A stretch of DNA of 64,000 nt from NCBI GenBank assembly GCA_028279595.1, contig JANQNK010000002.1, forward strand, positions 1,970-65,969, given 5' to 3'. A program made the position numbers and the translations under genes. The stretch is from Thermoplasmatota archaeon (GTDB lineage Archaea > Thermoplasmatota > JAKEGO01). This document shows, piece after piece, positions 34,572-44,448 of the stretch. A model generated the notes under the pieces. The model was not told the origin of the DNA, did not search any database, and saw only the letters and a list, made by a program, of their open reading frames with translations. Numbering within the stretch: the stretch's first letter is position 1; every line of letters begins with the position of its first letter.

Positions 34572-35849
34572 ATGGCTGAGAAAGAGCACATGAATCTGGT
34601 CTTCATCGGCCACGTGGACCACGGAAAGTCCACGCTGGTCGGGCGGATGCTGCTGGACTCGGGAACCATCGAGCAGCACATCATCGACCAGTTAAGGAAA
34701 GAAGCTGACGAGAAGGGAAAGGCGACCTTCGAGTTCGCGTACGTGATGGACCGGCTCAAGGAGGAGAGGGAGCGCGGTCTGACGATCGACGTGGCACACA
34801 AGAGGTTCGACACGGACAAGTACTACTTCACGATCATCGACGCCCCAGGGCACCGTGATTTCGTGAAGAACATGATCACCGGGACCTCGCAGGCGGATGC
34901 GGCCGTCCTAGTCGTGGCAGCCCCCGAGGGCGTCATGGCGCAGACGAAGGAGCACATCTTCCTGGCCAGGACACTCGGCGTCAACCAGATCATCATCGCC
35001 GTGAACAAGATGGACGCGACCAAGCCCGAGTACTCGGAGCAGCGCTACAACGAGGTCAAGAACGACGTGGGAACGCTCCTCAAGACCGTTGGATACAAGG
35101 TCGACGAGGTTCCGTTCATACCTGTTTCCGCGTACGTCGGCGACAACGCCTACGAGAAGTCACCCAACCTCCCCTGGTGGAAGGGCCCGACGCTCCTCGA
35201 GGCGCTCAACGCCCTGACGATACCGGAGAAGCCCTCGAAGCTTCCGCTCCGTCTTCCCGTGCAGGACGTCTACAACATCACCGGCATCGGCGCTGTCCCC
35301 GTTGGCAGGATCGAGACCGGCATGATGAACATAGGCGACAAGGTGACCTTCATGCCCTCCGACGCCGGAGGAGAGGTGAAGTCCATCGAGATGCACCACG
35401 AGGAGGTCCCGAAGGCGCAGCCCGGCGACAACGTCGGATTCAACGTCCGCGGGATCGGCAAGAAGGACATCAGGCGCGGCGACGTCGCTGGCCCGGCCAG
35501 CAACCCGCCGACCGTTGCCCGCACCTTCACGGCGCAGATCGCGGTCATCCAGCACCCGAGCGTGATGACGGAGGGATACACACCCGTATTCCACTGCCAC
35601 ACCGCCCAGGTCGCATGCACGATCGAGGAGATCGAGCAGAAGATCGATCCGAAGACCGGGCAGGCCAAGACCGACGACCCGAACCCCAAGCTCCTGAAGA
35701 CCGGGGACATCGCGATCGTCAAGATCAGGCCGACGCAGCCCATGGTCATCGAGAAGGCATCCGATATCCCGCCCCTCGGTCGCTTCGCGATCCGGGACAT
35801 GGGCATGACCGTCGCCGCCGGCGTGGTCAAGGATATCGAGCCGCGCTGA
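34572..35849 (+). CDS. tuf: Translation elongation factor aEF-1alpha
   Basis: [17 protein letters not shown] and NKMD GTPase motifs with full-length EF-1alpha colinearity. Confidence 0.97.
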   Translation: MAEKEHMNLVFIGHVDHGKSTLVGRMLLDSGTIEQHIIDQLRKEADEKGKATFEFAYVMDRLKEERERGLTIDVAHKRFDTDKYYFTIIDAPGHRDFVKNMITGTSQADAAVLVVAAPEGVMAQTKEHIFLARTLGVNQIIIAVNKMDATKPEYSEQRYNEVKNDVGTLLKTVGYKVDEVPFIPVSAYVGDNAYEKSPNLPWWKGPTLLEALNALTIPEKPSKLPLRLPVQDVYNITGIGAVPVGRIETGMMNIGDKVTFMPSDAGGEVKSIEMHHEEVPKAQPGDNVGFNVRGIGKKDIRRGDVAGPASNPPTVARTFTAQIAVIQHPSVMTEGYTPVFHCHTAQVACTIEEIEQKIDPKTGQAKTDDPNPKLLKTGDIAIVKIRPTQPMVIEKASDIPPLGRFAIRDMGMTVAAGVVKDIEPR

Positions 35850-35858
35850 GGTCCCTGA

Positions 35859-36167
35859 ATGACCCAGATCGCCAGAATCACACTCGTGGGATTGCAGCCC
35901 GGCCATGTCGACAAGGTCTGCGGACAGATCAAGACGATCTCCGAGAGGACCGGCGTCGAGATGAAGGGCCCGATACCGCTTCCCACGAAGCGCATGGTGG
36001 TACCCATACGCAAGAGCCCCGACGGCGAAGGGTCGGAGACCTACGAGCGCTGGGAGATGAGGATCCACAAGAGGCTCATCGACCTAGGCGCCGACGAGAG
36101 GGCGCTCAGACAGCTTATGCGGATACAGTTACCCGACGACGTCCACATCGAGATATCGCTGCGCTGA
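35859..36167 (+). CDS. rps10: 30S ribosomal protein S10 (uS10)
   Basis: 102 aa directly downstream of tuf, the conserved archaeal order. IRLxG-type N-terminus and GPIPLPTK motif. Confidence 0.93.
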   Translation: MTQIARITLVGLQPGHVDKVCGQIKTISERTGVEMKGPIPLPTKRMVVPIRKSPDGEGSETYERWEMRIHKRLIDLGADERALRQLMRIQLPDDVHIEISLR

Positions 36168-36383
36168 GAGCCCGCTTCCCCCCCCACCTTTTCCCATTTT
36201 AACGTGTTCCACCCGTGGTCACGTCGATATACCCTCGGTATATCGATTAACGCGCTCGATGACGCTGAAGCGGTCATCGACGCGTGTCAAGGATCCATCC
36301 ATCATTTGCTGTTTCCATCCCAAGCAAAGACAATCTACAGAGCTCTCGCTAAGGACAGTGAAATATCACGAACGAGGACGCTC

Positions 36384-37253
36384 TCACGTCGGGAGAGGTC
36401 TCTCCTGCTTCTGGACCATCCTGTTCTGGACGTAGATCATCCCGAACGGGAAGTCCTTCTGCGTGATCTTGACCTTCCCGTCGTGCGCCAGGAAAAGCAC
36501 GGACATGAAGACCATGAGGATATCGTCCTCGTTCGTCAGTTCTGTGATCGGAATGGGGTGACCGTTGAACGCGTTGATGCGGGTCCAGACCTTGGAGATG
36601 TCCTCCACCAGGTCCTCCTTGTGGATCATCTTCCGGACGGAGCGTTCCCTCATGCGTTTCAGCTTCGCCATGTTCTTGCGGCGGCGCTCGAAGGCGGTCT
36701 TGTGCCTCTCCGCCTCCTCGGTCGCCTCGCGGAACGCGTCCACGAGCTCGACCAGCGTAACGGGCCGCTCTCCCTTGCGGAAGACCCGGGGCTGGATCGG
36801 TGGGTCCCTCTCCTTCCGGACGGTCTGCGTGAACTCGAAGTCGGACTCGCTCTCCCAGATATCGATGCCGAAGTCCCAGTCCTCCTCCTCTATCTCGGGA
36901 GGGACGGCCCTCTCGAGGGCCGACTCCGTCTGCATCTTGAGAATGTTCCACGCCATGAGCAGGATCCTTCCTCCGGATATGAGGTCTATCCTCTCCTCCT
37001 GGCGTACCTTGTTCATGTACAGCTCGCAGAAGTGCAGGAGGTCGATGTCCCAGGGATTGAACTGGTGCTCCAGCACCAGCGCGAATATCAATGAGACGGT
37101 CCTGTCGACGGGGTCCTCGATGGACATGTACCTGCCCTCCGTGGTCTCCTCCAGGATCTCCTTGTAGTGCGCTATGGGCGAACCGCCCTCGTCGTCTATC
37201 ATGGCCTCGTGTATGACAAGATGGTTGATGACGTCGTCAAGCAACTGCATCAC
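36384..37253 (-). CDS. scpA: Segregation and condensation protein A (kleisin ScpA)
   Basis: Size, position overlapping the 3' end of smc, and helical N- and C-terminal domains typical of ScpA. Confidence 0.75.
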   Translation of the reverse strand: MMQLLDDVINHLVIHEAMIDDEGGSPIAHYKEILEETTEGRYMSIEDPVDRTVSLIFALVLEHQFNPWDIDLLHFCELYMNKVRQEERIDLISGGRILLMAWNILKMQTESALERAVPPEIEEEDWDFGIDIWESESDFEFTQTVRKERDPPIQPRVFRKGERPVTLVELVDAFREATEEAERHKTAFERRRKNMAKLKRMRERSVRKMIHKEDLVEDISKVWTRINAFNGHPIPITELTNEDDILMVFMSVLFLAHDGKVKITQKDFPFGMIYVQNRMVQKQERPLPT

Positions 37254-40200
37254 CGCCTACCGGCTCCTCCACCGGCCTCTCCTCCTTGGCGATCTCGCCC
37301 TTCTCCCCGATCTGGGAGATGTGGACGTTGCCGATGAGCTCTGAGATCCCCTTCTCGCCCATCGTAACGCCGTAAGCGTGGTCGGCATGCCCCATCGTCA
37401 CCTTCCTGAGCGTGATCATTATGAACTGCGCCCTCTCGGACGTCCCAGCTACGAGCTTCGCCACCCTCTCGGCGTTGACGGCGTCGAGGAACATGTCCAC
37501 CTCGTCTAGGAGGTAGAACGGCGAGGGATCGTACTTCTGGATTGCGAATATGAGTGCAAGCGCCGTCAGGCTCTTCTCCCCTCCGGACAGCTGCACGAGC
37601 TTCTTCACCCTCTTTCCAGGGGGCTTGGCGATTATCATCAGGCCGCCCTCGAACGGGTTCTTGGGGTTCTCGAGCTCCAGGTGGCCGTCGCCGCCCAGCG
37701 AGAGCTCCTTGTAGATCTTGGTGAAGTTGACATTGACCTCGTCGAAGACGGCCATCAAGCCGGCCTTCTTCTTGCTGATGAGCTCCTCGACGACCTGGAT
37801 GAGGTGTGTGCGCTGGTCCTCCAGGCGCTGGAACTCGGCCTCGATCTCCTTGCGGCGCTTGTCGTAGACCTCGAAGTCCTCCACAGCGCGCATGTTGACC
37901 GCTCCGAGGGCGCGTATCCGTGCCTCACACTCGGTGATCTCCTTGCGGAGCTCGTCCACGGTCGGAAGGCTCTCTGGCAGCTCTATGTTGTAGAGCGTGG
38001 CCTCCTGCTTCGCCTCCGAGAGCTGGGTCTTGAGATTGACCGATTTCGTCCTCAGTCCAATGAGCAGATCTTCCTTGGTCTCGATCTGTGTGAGTGTGCT
38101 GTCTAACTCGTTGTCGAGGTCGACCTTACGCTTGTAGGTCCTGTCCCTCGCTTCCTGGAGGCCCTTCATCTCGCTGGCGATGCCGGACTCGACCTCGAGC
38201 AGGACGTCGAGCTCCTCTTTCAGTTTGTCGACCCTGACCTTTGCGTCCTCGCCCTCCTTGGCGGTCTCCGACATGTCGTCGTCGATGGTCGCCAGGCGCT
38301 CCGTCAGCTCGTCCGCCCTCTCCGTGTGGAGCTCGACCTTCGTATTGATGGTCGCCTCGCTGGATGCCAGCTCGCGGGCCGCGTCCGCGAGCTCGTTCAT
38401 CTCGTTCTCGAGCTTCCGCATCGCGGCGACGACCTCCTCTGGGGTCGAGTCCACGAGCATCTTGTGCTCCGCCTTCCTGCGCTCGTCGATCTTGGCCAGG
38501 ACCCCGTCCAGGCCCTCGACCTTCTCCCTGGCGACGGCGATCTCGGCGTCTATCGCCTTGATCTCCTCCTTGAGCTTGATGACCGCGTCCTTGAGCTTCT
38601 TCGACTCCTCGCTGGCGGTCTTGATCTCCATCTCGAGTTCCTTGGCCGCACGGATGTCCTCGTCGTCGACGTGGGAATCGTGCATGATGGACTCGTACTT
38701 GTGAAGTTCTTCCCGGACCTTCCTGAGCTTCTCGGCCAGCGACTCCATGAGCGTTGACTGCTCCCTGAGCCTCGCGGAGACGTCCTCGACCTCCGCCTGG
38801 CGTCCGGCCCCGAACTTCTGGGGCTTGTGGAGCGTCCCGCCGATCATCGCGCCGGAGGACTCGATCAATTCCCCGGACATGGTCACGAGCCTGACTCCGC
38901 CCATGAGCTTCCTCGCGGACTTGAGGTCCTTGACGACGACGGTCGAACCGAAGACCCACTCGAAGGCCTTCTGGTACTTCGCGTCGTACGACACAAGGTC
39001 TATCGCGAAGCCGATCGCAGAGCCGTCCCGTGCAGCTAGAAGGCACTTCCCCTGCGGCTTCGACGTCATCATCTTGTTCAGCGGAAGGAACGCCACCCTT
39101 CCGAGCCTGTTCTTCTTGAGGTACGATATCCCTGCCTCGGCGGCCGCGTCGTTCTCGACGACCACGGCGTTCATCCTGCTGCCCGCAGCGACGGACAGGG
39201 CGACCTCGTACTCCTCGTCGACGTCCGCCAGCTGGGAGATCGTCCCGAAGATCCCCTTGAGCTGACCCAGGTCCCGCGCTTCCATGAGCGCGTCCACGGC
39301 CCCGTGCCTGCTCTGGCGGTAGACGTCCTTCTCGGTCTTGAGCCGTGTGTACTCCCGCTCCAGCTCACGCACCTTGCCCTGGACCTGCTCCAGCTCGGTG
39401 AAGACCGTCGTCTCCTCCTTCTTGAGGGCGTAGACCTTCTTCCTCGCATCGTCGAGGTCCTCCCCGGAGCCGCCCATCCGGCCCCGGATCTCCTTGAGAC
39501 GCCAGTCGGCGTCCTTGATCGTGGTGTCCATGAGGCGCATCCGCTCTTCCGAGTCGGCCAGCGTCTTCAATTTTGTGCTCTTCCTCTCGTTGAGCCGCTC
39601 GACCTCGAGGGTGGCGTGGTGCGCGTCGTCCCGCGCCTTCTCCGCCTCCTTCGACAGTCGAATGAGCTGCTTCTGGTGGTTGGCGGTCTCGGAGTCCGAA
39701 TCGGCCAGGCGTCTTTGGAATGATTCGTACTCCTTTCGTTTGGCATCCAGATCCTTCTTGCGCGCTTCGTGGTCCTTCCTGACAGCGTCGGCCTCGGTGC
39801 CCATCCGTTTGAGGTCCTTTGTCAGCGTGGCGAGGTCCTTTGCGGCGGAGGCCTTCTCGACCTTCATCTCCCGGACCCTCTCCTTGGAGGTAATGATGGC
39901 GTCCTTCGCCCTTGCGATCTCGAGCCTGGCCTCGTCTATCTTCGCCTTCAACTCGCGAGCTTCATCCCCACCCTTCTCGACGATCTCCGCCTCGATCTTC
40001 TCGAACTCGGCGGTGACCTCGGCCAGGGTGGCCCGTAATTCCTCGACCCTCTTCTTTCCCTCCTCGAGCTCGGTCTCGTACTCCGTCGTTTGTTCCTGGA
40101 CCGCGGCGATCTCCCTCTCGAACGTGTCGACCTTCTTGTGGGCCAGGTAGGCCTTCGAGGTCTCCAGGCGCTCGTTGTACTCCCTGTACTTGATCGCCGA

Positions 40201-40854
40201 CTTCCTGTCCTTCTCCAGTCGCCGGAGCTCCGTGCCGATCTCGTTGAGGGTCAGCTGGATCATCCTCAGGTTCTCCTCCACATCGGTCCTCTTCCTCTCG
40301 GAGAGGTCGATGTCCTTGTCGAACCTGGTTATCCCTGCGACGTCCTCGAGAATGCGCCTCCTCTCCAGCGGGGACATGCGCGTTATCGCGTTGATGTCCC
40401 CCTGCATCACGAAGTTGTACCCGTCGGCGGATATCTTCGCGTTCGCGAGGAGGTCGTTGAACTCTGTCAAGGATGACGAACGGCCATTGACGTAGAAGTA
40501 GCTGTTGTAGTTGTCCTTGTTGCTCTGAGACAGTTTGACCATGCGTGTCAGCTTGACTTCGTCGTTGTCAATGGGTATGAGTCTGTCCTGGTTGTCAAAC
40601 ACCAGTGAGACCTTGCAATATTTCTCCGGCCTCCCTCCCTTTCCGCCATTGAAGATGAGATCCGTAAGCCTGCCAGCTCGAATGGATTTCGGTGACTTCG
40701 GGCCGAGGACGAACATGATCGCGTCGGCGATGTTGGACTTACCGCTGCCGTTGGGGCCGGTTATAGCGGTGAATCCCTCTAGGAAGGGCACTGTCATCTT
40801 CCTACCGAAGGACTTAAAATTCTCCAGCTGGATCTCCTTCAGATGCAAGGTCAC
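37237..40854 (-). CDS. smc: SMC chromosome segregation ATPase
   Basis: N-terminal Walker A GPNGSGKSN, long coiled coils, a hinge, C-terminal LSGGEKSLTALALIFA signature and Walker B FYLLDEVD. Confidence 0.95.
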   Translation of the reverse strand: MTLHLKEIQLENFKSFGRKMTVPFLEGFTAITGPNGSGKSNIADAIMFVLGPKSPKSIRAGRLTDLIFNGGKGGRPEKYCKVSLVFDNQDRLIPIDNDEVKLTRMVKLSQSNKDNYNSYFYVNGRSSSLTEFNDLLANAKISADGYNFVMQGDINAITRMSPLERRRILEDVAGITRFDKDIDLSERKRTDVEENLRMIQLTLNEIGTELRRLEKDRKSAIKYREYNERLETSKAYLAHKKVDTFEREIAAVQEQTTEYETELEEGKKRVEELRATLAEVTAEFEKIEAEIVEKGGDEARELKAKIDEARLEIARAKDAIITSKERVREMKVEKASAAKDLATLTKDLKRMGTEADAVRKDHEARKKDLDAKRKEYESFQRRLADSDSETANHQKQLIRLSKEAEKARDDAHHATLEVERLNERKSTKLKTLADSEERMRLMDTTIKDADWRLKEIRGRMGGSGEDLDDARKKVYALKKEETTVFTELEQVQGKVRELEREYTRLKTEKDVYRQSRHGAVDALMEARDLGQLKGIFGTISQLADVDEEYEVALSVAAGSRMNAVVVENDAAAEAGISYLKKNRLGRVAFLPLNKMMTSKPQGKCLLAARDGSAIGFAIDLVSYDAKYQKAFEWVFGSTVVVKDLKSARKLMGGVRLVTMSGELIESSGAMIGGTLHKPQKFGAGRQAEVEDVSARLREQSTLMESLAEKLRKVREELHKYESIMHDSHVDDEDIRAAKELEMEIKTASEESKKLKDAVIKLKEEIKAIDAEIAVAREKVEGLDGVLAKIDERRKAEHKMLVDSTPEEVVAAMRKLENEMNELADAARELASSEATINTKVELHTERADELTERLATIDDDMSETAKEGEDAKVRVDKLKEELDVLLEVESGIASEMKGLQEARDRTYKRKVDLDNELDSTLTQIETKEDLLIGLRTKSVNLKTQLSEAKQEATLYNIELPESLPTVDELRKEITECEARIRALGAVNMRAVEDFEVYDKRRKEIEAEFQRLEDQRTHLIQVVEELISKKKAGLMAVFDEVNVNFTKIYKELSLGGDGHLELENPKNPFEGGLMIIAKPPGKRVKKLVQLSGGEKSLTALALIFAIQKYDPSPFYLLDEVDMFLDAVNAERVAKLVAGTSERAQFIMITLRKVTMGHADHAYGVTMGEKGISELIGNVHISQIGEKGEIAKEERPVEEPVGGDAVA

Positions 40855-41096
40855 ACCTCTTTATTCGTTCGTGACGGCGCGTCCGTCATCCCATCGGCGT
40901 CTATAATGTAATGCCAATATATAAGATTTTTGCACTTTTTTACACTTTCTTTATATACTAACCGCGTTTTTTCACCAAAACCTATTGTGGTGTTTTCGAC
41001 CCTTTTTTTATATAGTAATGGTAAGAACGACAACAGTTCCGCAATTGCGCCCTGAGGGTATAAAGAACATGTCGAAACGGGGTGATAGGCGGCGGA

Positions 41097-44000
41097 TCAG
41101 ACCTCTGCACCGTCGGGGATCCCGTCCCCGTCGCTGTCCCAATCCATGGGATCTATGCCATAGTCGTGCTCCTGCCATGCCGGCATCCCGTCCCCCACGT
41201 AATCGATGGTGAGGTTCACGTAGTCCGTGACGATCGCGCCGTCGGAGCCCGATGAGGTGGAAGAGAGGAGCAGCAGGACGTCGTCGTTCGAATCGAGGTA
41301 TCTCGTGACGTCCCGGGATATCGTGACATTGCACCACTCCATGGAGGCGGTGTATCCGCCGCTGTAGGACGCCTCTCCGGAGCAGAAGCCGATGGTGTCC
41401 CAGGAGCCCGCAACCCGGTCGTAGAGCTTGATCGTCATCCCGCCCTTGCCTCCGGCGAACATGCTGAGAGAGAAACCCACGGAATAGTTCAGGTCATTTA
41501 CGCAGGTATTGTCGTCAGGGTTCGACGGTATCACCCACCTCAGCCTGTACATCTGGTGGACGATGCCGTTGCCGCGGCTTGACGCATTTACGTCGTCCAG
41601 CTCCTTGATGTCCTTGTAGTCGCCGGAATCGATGACGCCCGTGACGCTACCTGGAGCGGGTTCGGAGGCGCTGACCGTCTCGTTCCCACCGCGGACCCTC
41701 ATCCTTCCCTGGGACGGGTCGAAGTCTGCGCTGGAGTCGTTGACCAGGGGATCGAATCCCCAGTACGCCTCCCAGCCGTCGATCATCCCGTCGCCGTCGG
41801 TGTCCTTGACGTCCGGCCTGGTGCCGTTGAGGAACTCCTGGGCGTTGGTGTACCACTCGTCCTCCTCGATGGTCCCGGAGCCGTCGTAGTCGTAGCCGTC
41901 GTTGTCATTGTCGTAGGCGCCGTCCGCGGGGTCGGTGGGGTCCATCCCGTTGAAGGTCTCCCAGCCGTCCGACATCGCGTCCCCGTCGGTGTCGTTCACC
42001 GTCGGATTGGTGCCGTTGAGGAACTCCATGAGGTTGGTGAAGTACTCGTCCGGATCGACCGTGCCGTTCTCGTCGACATCGTATCCGTCGTCGTCCATGT
42101 CCTCGTCGGCATCCGAGGGGTCCGTCGGGTCCAGGCCCCAGTCGACCTCCCATCCGTCGGTCATGCCGTCGCCGTCCGTGTCATTGAACGTGGGGTCCGT
42201 GATGTAGCCATCGGTGCCAAGCTCCATCTCTTCCCCGTCCGGTATCCCGTCCCCGTCGGTGTCACCCTGGGTCGGGTCAGTGATCAGGTAGCCGTCGGTG
42301 TCACCCGTCACGTTGTTCATGTACTCGTAGACGTCCGGCAGGCCGTCGATGTCGAAGTCCATGGTGTCGTTCTGCGGTGTGAGCGGATCGAGGCCGTACA
42401 GGACCTCCCATCCGTCGGGGAGTCCGTCGTCGTCCGTGTCGTTGTCGTAGATGTCCGTCCCGTTGAGGTACTCCATCCAGTTGGTGTACTGCTCGTCCCA
42501 CTCGATGGTCCCCGACCTGTCGACGTCGAATCCGTCGTTGTCGAAGTCTGCGTTCCCGTCGGTGGCGTTCAGGGGGTCGAATCCGTAGTAGACCTCCCAT
42601 CCGTCGATGAGCCCGTCGAAGTCCGTGTCATCGTTGGTCGGGTCGGTGTGGTTCAGGTACTCCATGATGTTGGTGAAGTACTCGTCCCACTCGATCGTGC
42701 CGTTCCCGTTGAAATCGTAACCGTCCTCGTCGCCGTCGAGATGCGGATCGAAGACCGTGGGGTCGAGTCCGTAGTAGACCTCCCACGTGTCGTTCATCCC
42801 GTCGGCGTCGCTGTCGGGCAGCGCCGGCGATGTTCCCAGCTGGTACTCCTCGAGGTTGGAGAGCCTCTCGCGCCCGGTGATGTTCCCATCCCGGTCGACA
42901 TCGTAGGTGTCGTTGTCGAAGTCCCAGTGGGAATCGTCGTAGAGGGGATCTAGTCCCCAGTGCTCCTCCCACCCGTCGAACATCCCGTCCATGTCGGTGT
43001 CGTTGACGAGAGGGTCGGTGTCAGCGAGGAACTCGTCGAGATTGGTGAAGTTGAAGTCTATGAGTCCGTCCCCGTCGATGTCGGGGCCGTCCCCGTCCAG
43101 ATCGACACCCAGGTCCGACGCGTTGTTCGGGTCGAAACCGTAATGGACCTCCCAGCCGTCCGCGATGCCGTCGCCGTCTGTGTCCCAGCCGTCGAGGATA
43201 CCGTCCACGGGCTCCCTGTCCCGTCCGTCCGGCGACGTCCCGTTGAGGAACTCGGCGAGTGCACCGTACGTCTCGTTCCCCTCGATCAGGCCGTTCCTGT
43301 CGGCGTCGTAGGAGTCGTTGTCGGAGTCGTCGTGGATGTCCGAGGCGTTGGCGGGGTCGAGTGCGAACTTGAACTCCCATCCGTCGGGCATGATGTCGCC
43401 GTCCGTATCGGGATTCGTCGGGTCGGTCGTCGTGGAGAGGACCTCGAAGCCGTCGAGAAGTCCGTCGGCGTCCGTGTCGGGATCGTCCGGTTCGGTCCAG
43501 GTTATTCCGTCCGTGTCCACGGGGTTGTCGAACTCGTACAGATTGGCGAGGGAGTCGTTGTCTCCGTCGAAGAACGCGTCCGAACCGTCCGTCGGGTCGA
43601 GGCCGAAGGCGAACTCGTAGCCGTCGGTCATCCCGTCCTCGTCGGTGTCGTTCGACGTCGGGTCCGTCCCCGCGTTGAACTCCTCCAGGTTCGAGAAACG
43701 CTCGTCGTCCTCGATGGCCCCGGTCAGGTTCGCGTCGAAGCTGTCCCCGTCCGGGTCGTGGTCCGCGTCGTCCGCGTTCAATGGTTCGAGGCCGTACCGT
43801 ACCTCCCATCCGTCGGTCATGCCGTCGTCGTCGGTGTCCGGGTCCAGCGGGTCCGTCCTGTTGTTGTAGTCGACCTCGTGTCCGTCCAGGAGGCCGTCGT
43901 CGTCCGTATCGGGGTCGGTGGGGTCCGTCCCCCTCTTGTACTCCTGGAGGTTGGAGAGCGTGTCGTTGTCCTTGTCCCGGTCGCCGTCGTCCACCAGCGG

Positions 44001-44381
44001 CTCGAGGCCGAAATAGACCTCCCAGTGGTCGTACATGTCGTCGAGGTCGGTGTCTGGGTCCTTCGGGTTCGTTCCCGTCACGTACTCCCGGTAGTTGGTG
44101 AAGAGCTCGTCCTCGGAGATCTCACCGTCGCCGTCGATGTCGTAGCTGTCGCCGTCGGAATCGATGTCCCTGTCGGTGGCGTCGGTGTGGGCCAGGCCGT
44201 AGGAATATTCCCAGACGTCGGGCATATCGTCCTGGTCGGTGTCCTTGTACGGAAGGAACGGGTCCGGGTTCCGGTCCTCCTCCCGTATCGCCCTGGACTC
44301 CCTGGTGTCCTGGGGCAGGAACGGGACCGTTCCGGCGATGAGAATTATCACCAGGAGCAGGGCGAGGTACTGAACCTTCAT
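41097..44381 (-). CDS. Large secreted Asp-rich protein with about 15-20 thrombospondin-type-3-like calcium-binding repeats and a C-terminal beta-rich domain
   Basis: Signal MKVQYLALLLVIILIAGTV. Reiterated DTDxDGxxDGWExxxGLDP...D.DxDGxD motifs. Final DSDGDGIPDGAEV. Confidence 0.8.
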   Translation of the reverse strand: MKVQYLALLLVIILIAGTVPFLPQDTRESRAIREEDRNPDPFLPYKDTDQDDMPDVWEYSYGLAHTDATDRDIDSDGDSYDIDGDGEISEDELFTNYREYVTGTNPKDPDTDLDDMYDHWEVYFGLEPLVDDGDRDKDNDTLSNLQEYKRGTDPTDPDTDDDGLLDGHEVDYNNRTDPLDPDTDDDGMTDGWEVRYGLEPLNADDADHDPDGDSFDANLTGAIEDDERFSNLEEFNAGTDPTSNDTDEDGMTDGYEFAFGLDPTDGSDAFFDGDNDSLANLYEFDNPVDTDGITWTEPDDPDTDADGLLDGFEVLSTTTDPTNPDTDGDIMPDGWEFKFALDPANASDIHDDSDNDSYDADRNGLIEGNETYGALAEFLNGTSPDGRDREPVDGILDGWDTDGDGIADGWEVHYGFDPNNASDLGVDLDGDGPDIDGDGLIDFNFTNLDEFLADTDPLVNDTDMDGMFDGWEEHWGLDPLYDDSHWDFDNDTYDVDRDGNITGRERLSNLEEYQLGTSPALPDSDADGMNDTWEVYYGLDPTVFDPHLDGDEDGYDFNGNGTIEWDEYFTNIMEYLNHTDPTNDDTDFDGLIDGWEVYYGFDPLNATDGNADFDNDGFDVDRSGTIEWDEQYTNWMEYLNGTDIYDNDTDDDGLPDGWEVLYGLDPLTPQNDTMDFDIDGLPDVYEYMNNVTGDTDGYLITDPTQGDTDGDGIPDGEEMELGTDGYITDPTFNDTDGDGMTDGWEVDWGLDPTDPSDADEDMDDDGYDVDENGTVDPDEYFTNLMEFLNGTNPTVNDTDGDAMSDGWETFNGMDPTDPADGAYDNDNDGYDYDGSGTIEEDEWYTNAQEFLNGTRPDVKDTDGDGMIDGWEAYWGFDPLVNDSSADFDPSQGRMRVRGGNETVSASEPAPGSVTGVIDSGDYKDIKELDDVNASSRGNGIVHQMYRLRWVIPSNPDDNTCVNDLNYSVGFSLSMFAGGKGGMTIKLYDRVAGSWDTIGFCSGEASYSGGYTASMEWCNVTISRDVTRYLDSNDDVLLLLSSTSSGSDGAIVTDYVNLTIDYVGDGMPAWQEHDYGIDPMDWDSDGDGIPDGAEV

Positions 44382-44448
44382 CTATCCTATTAATCGACCC
44401 CTGGATATTTAACTGTTGGGACACTGGCCAGTGTACCGAAAACGGGTC

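Noticed and set aside
34280-34819. 179-aa minus-strand ORF
   Set aside because: It overlaps tRNA-Arg and the 5' end of tuf on the opposite strand, and it has no protein-like features.
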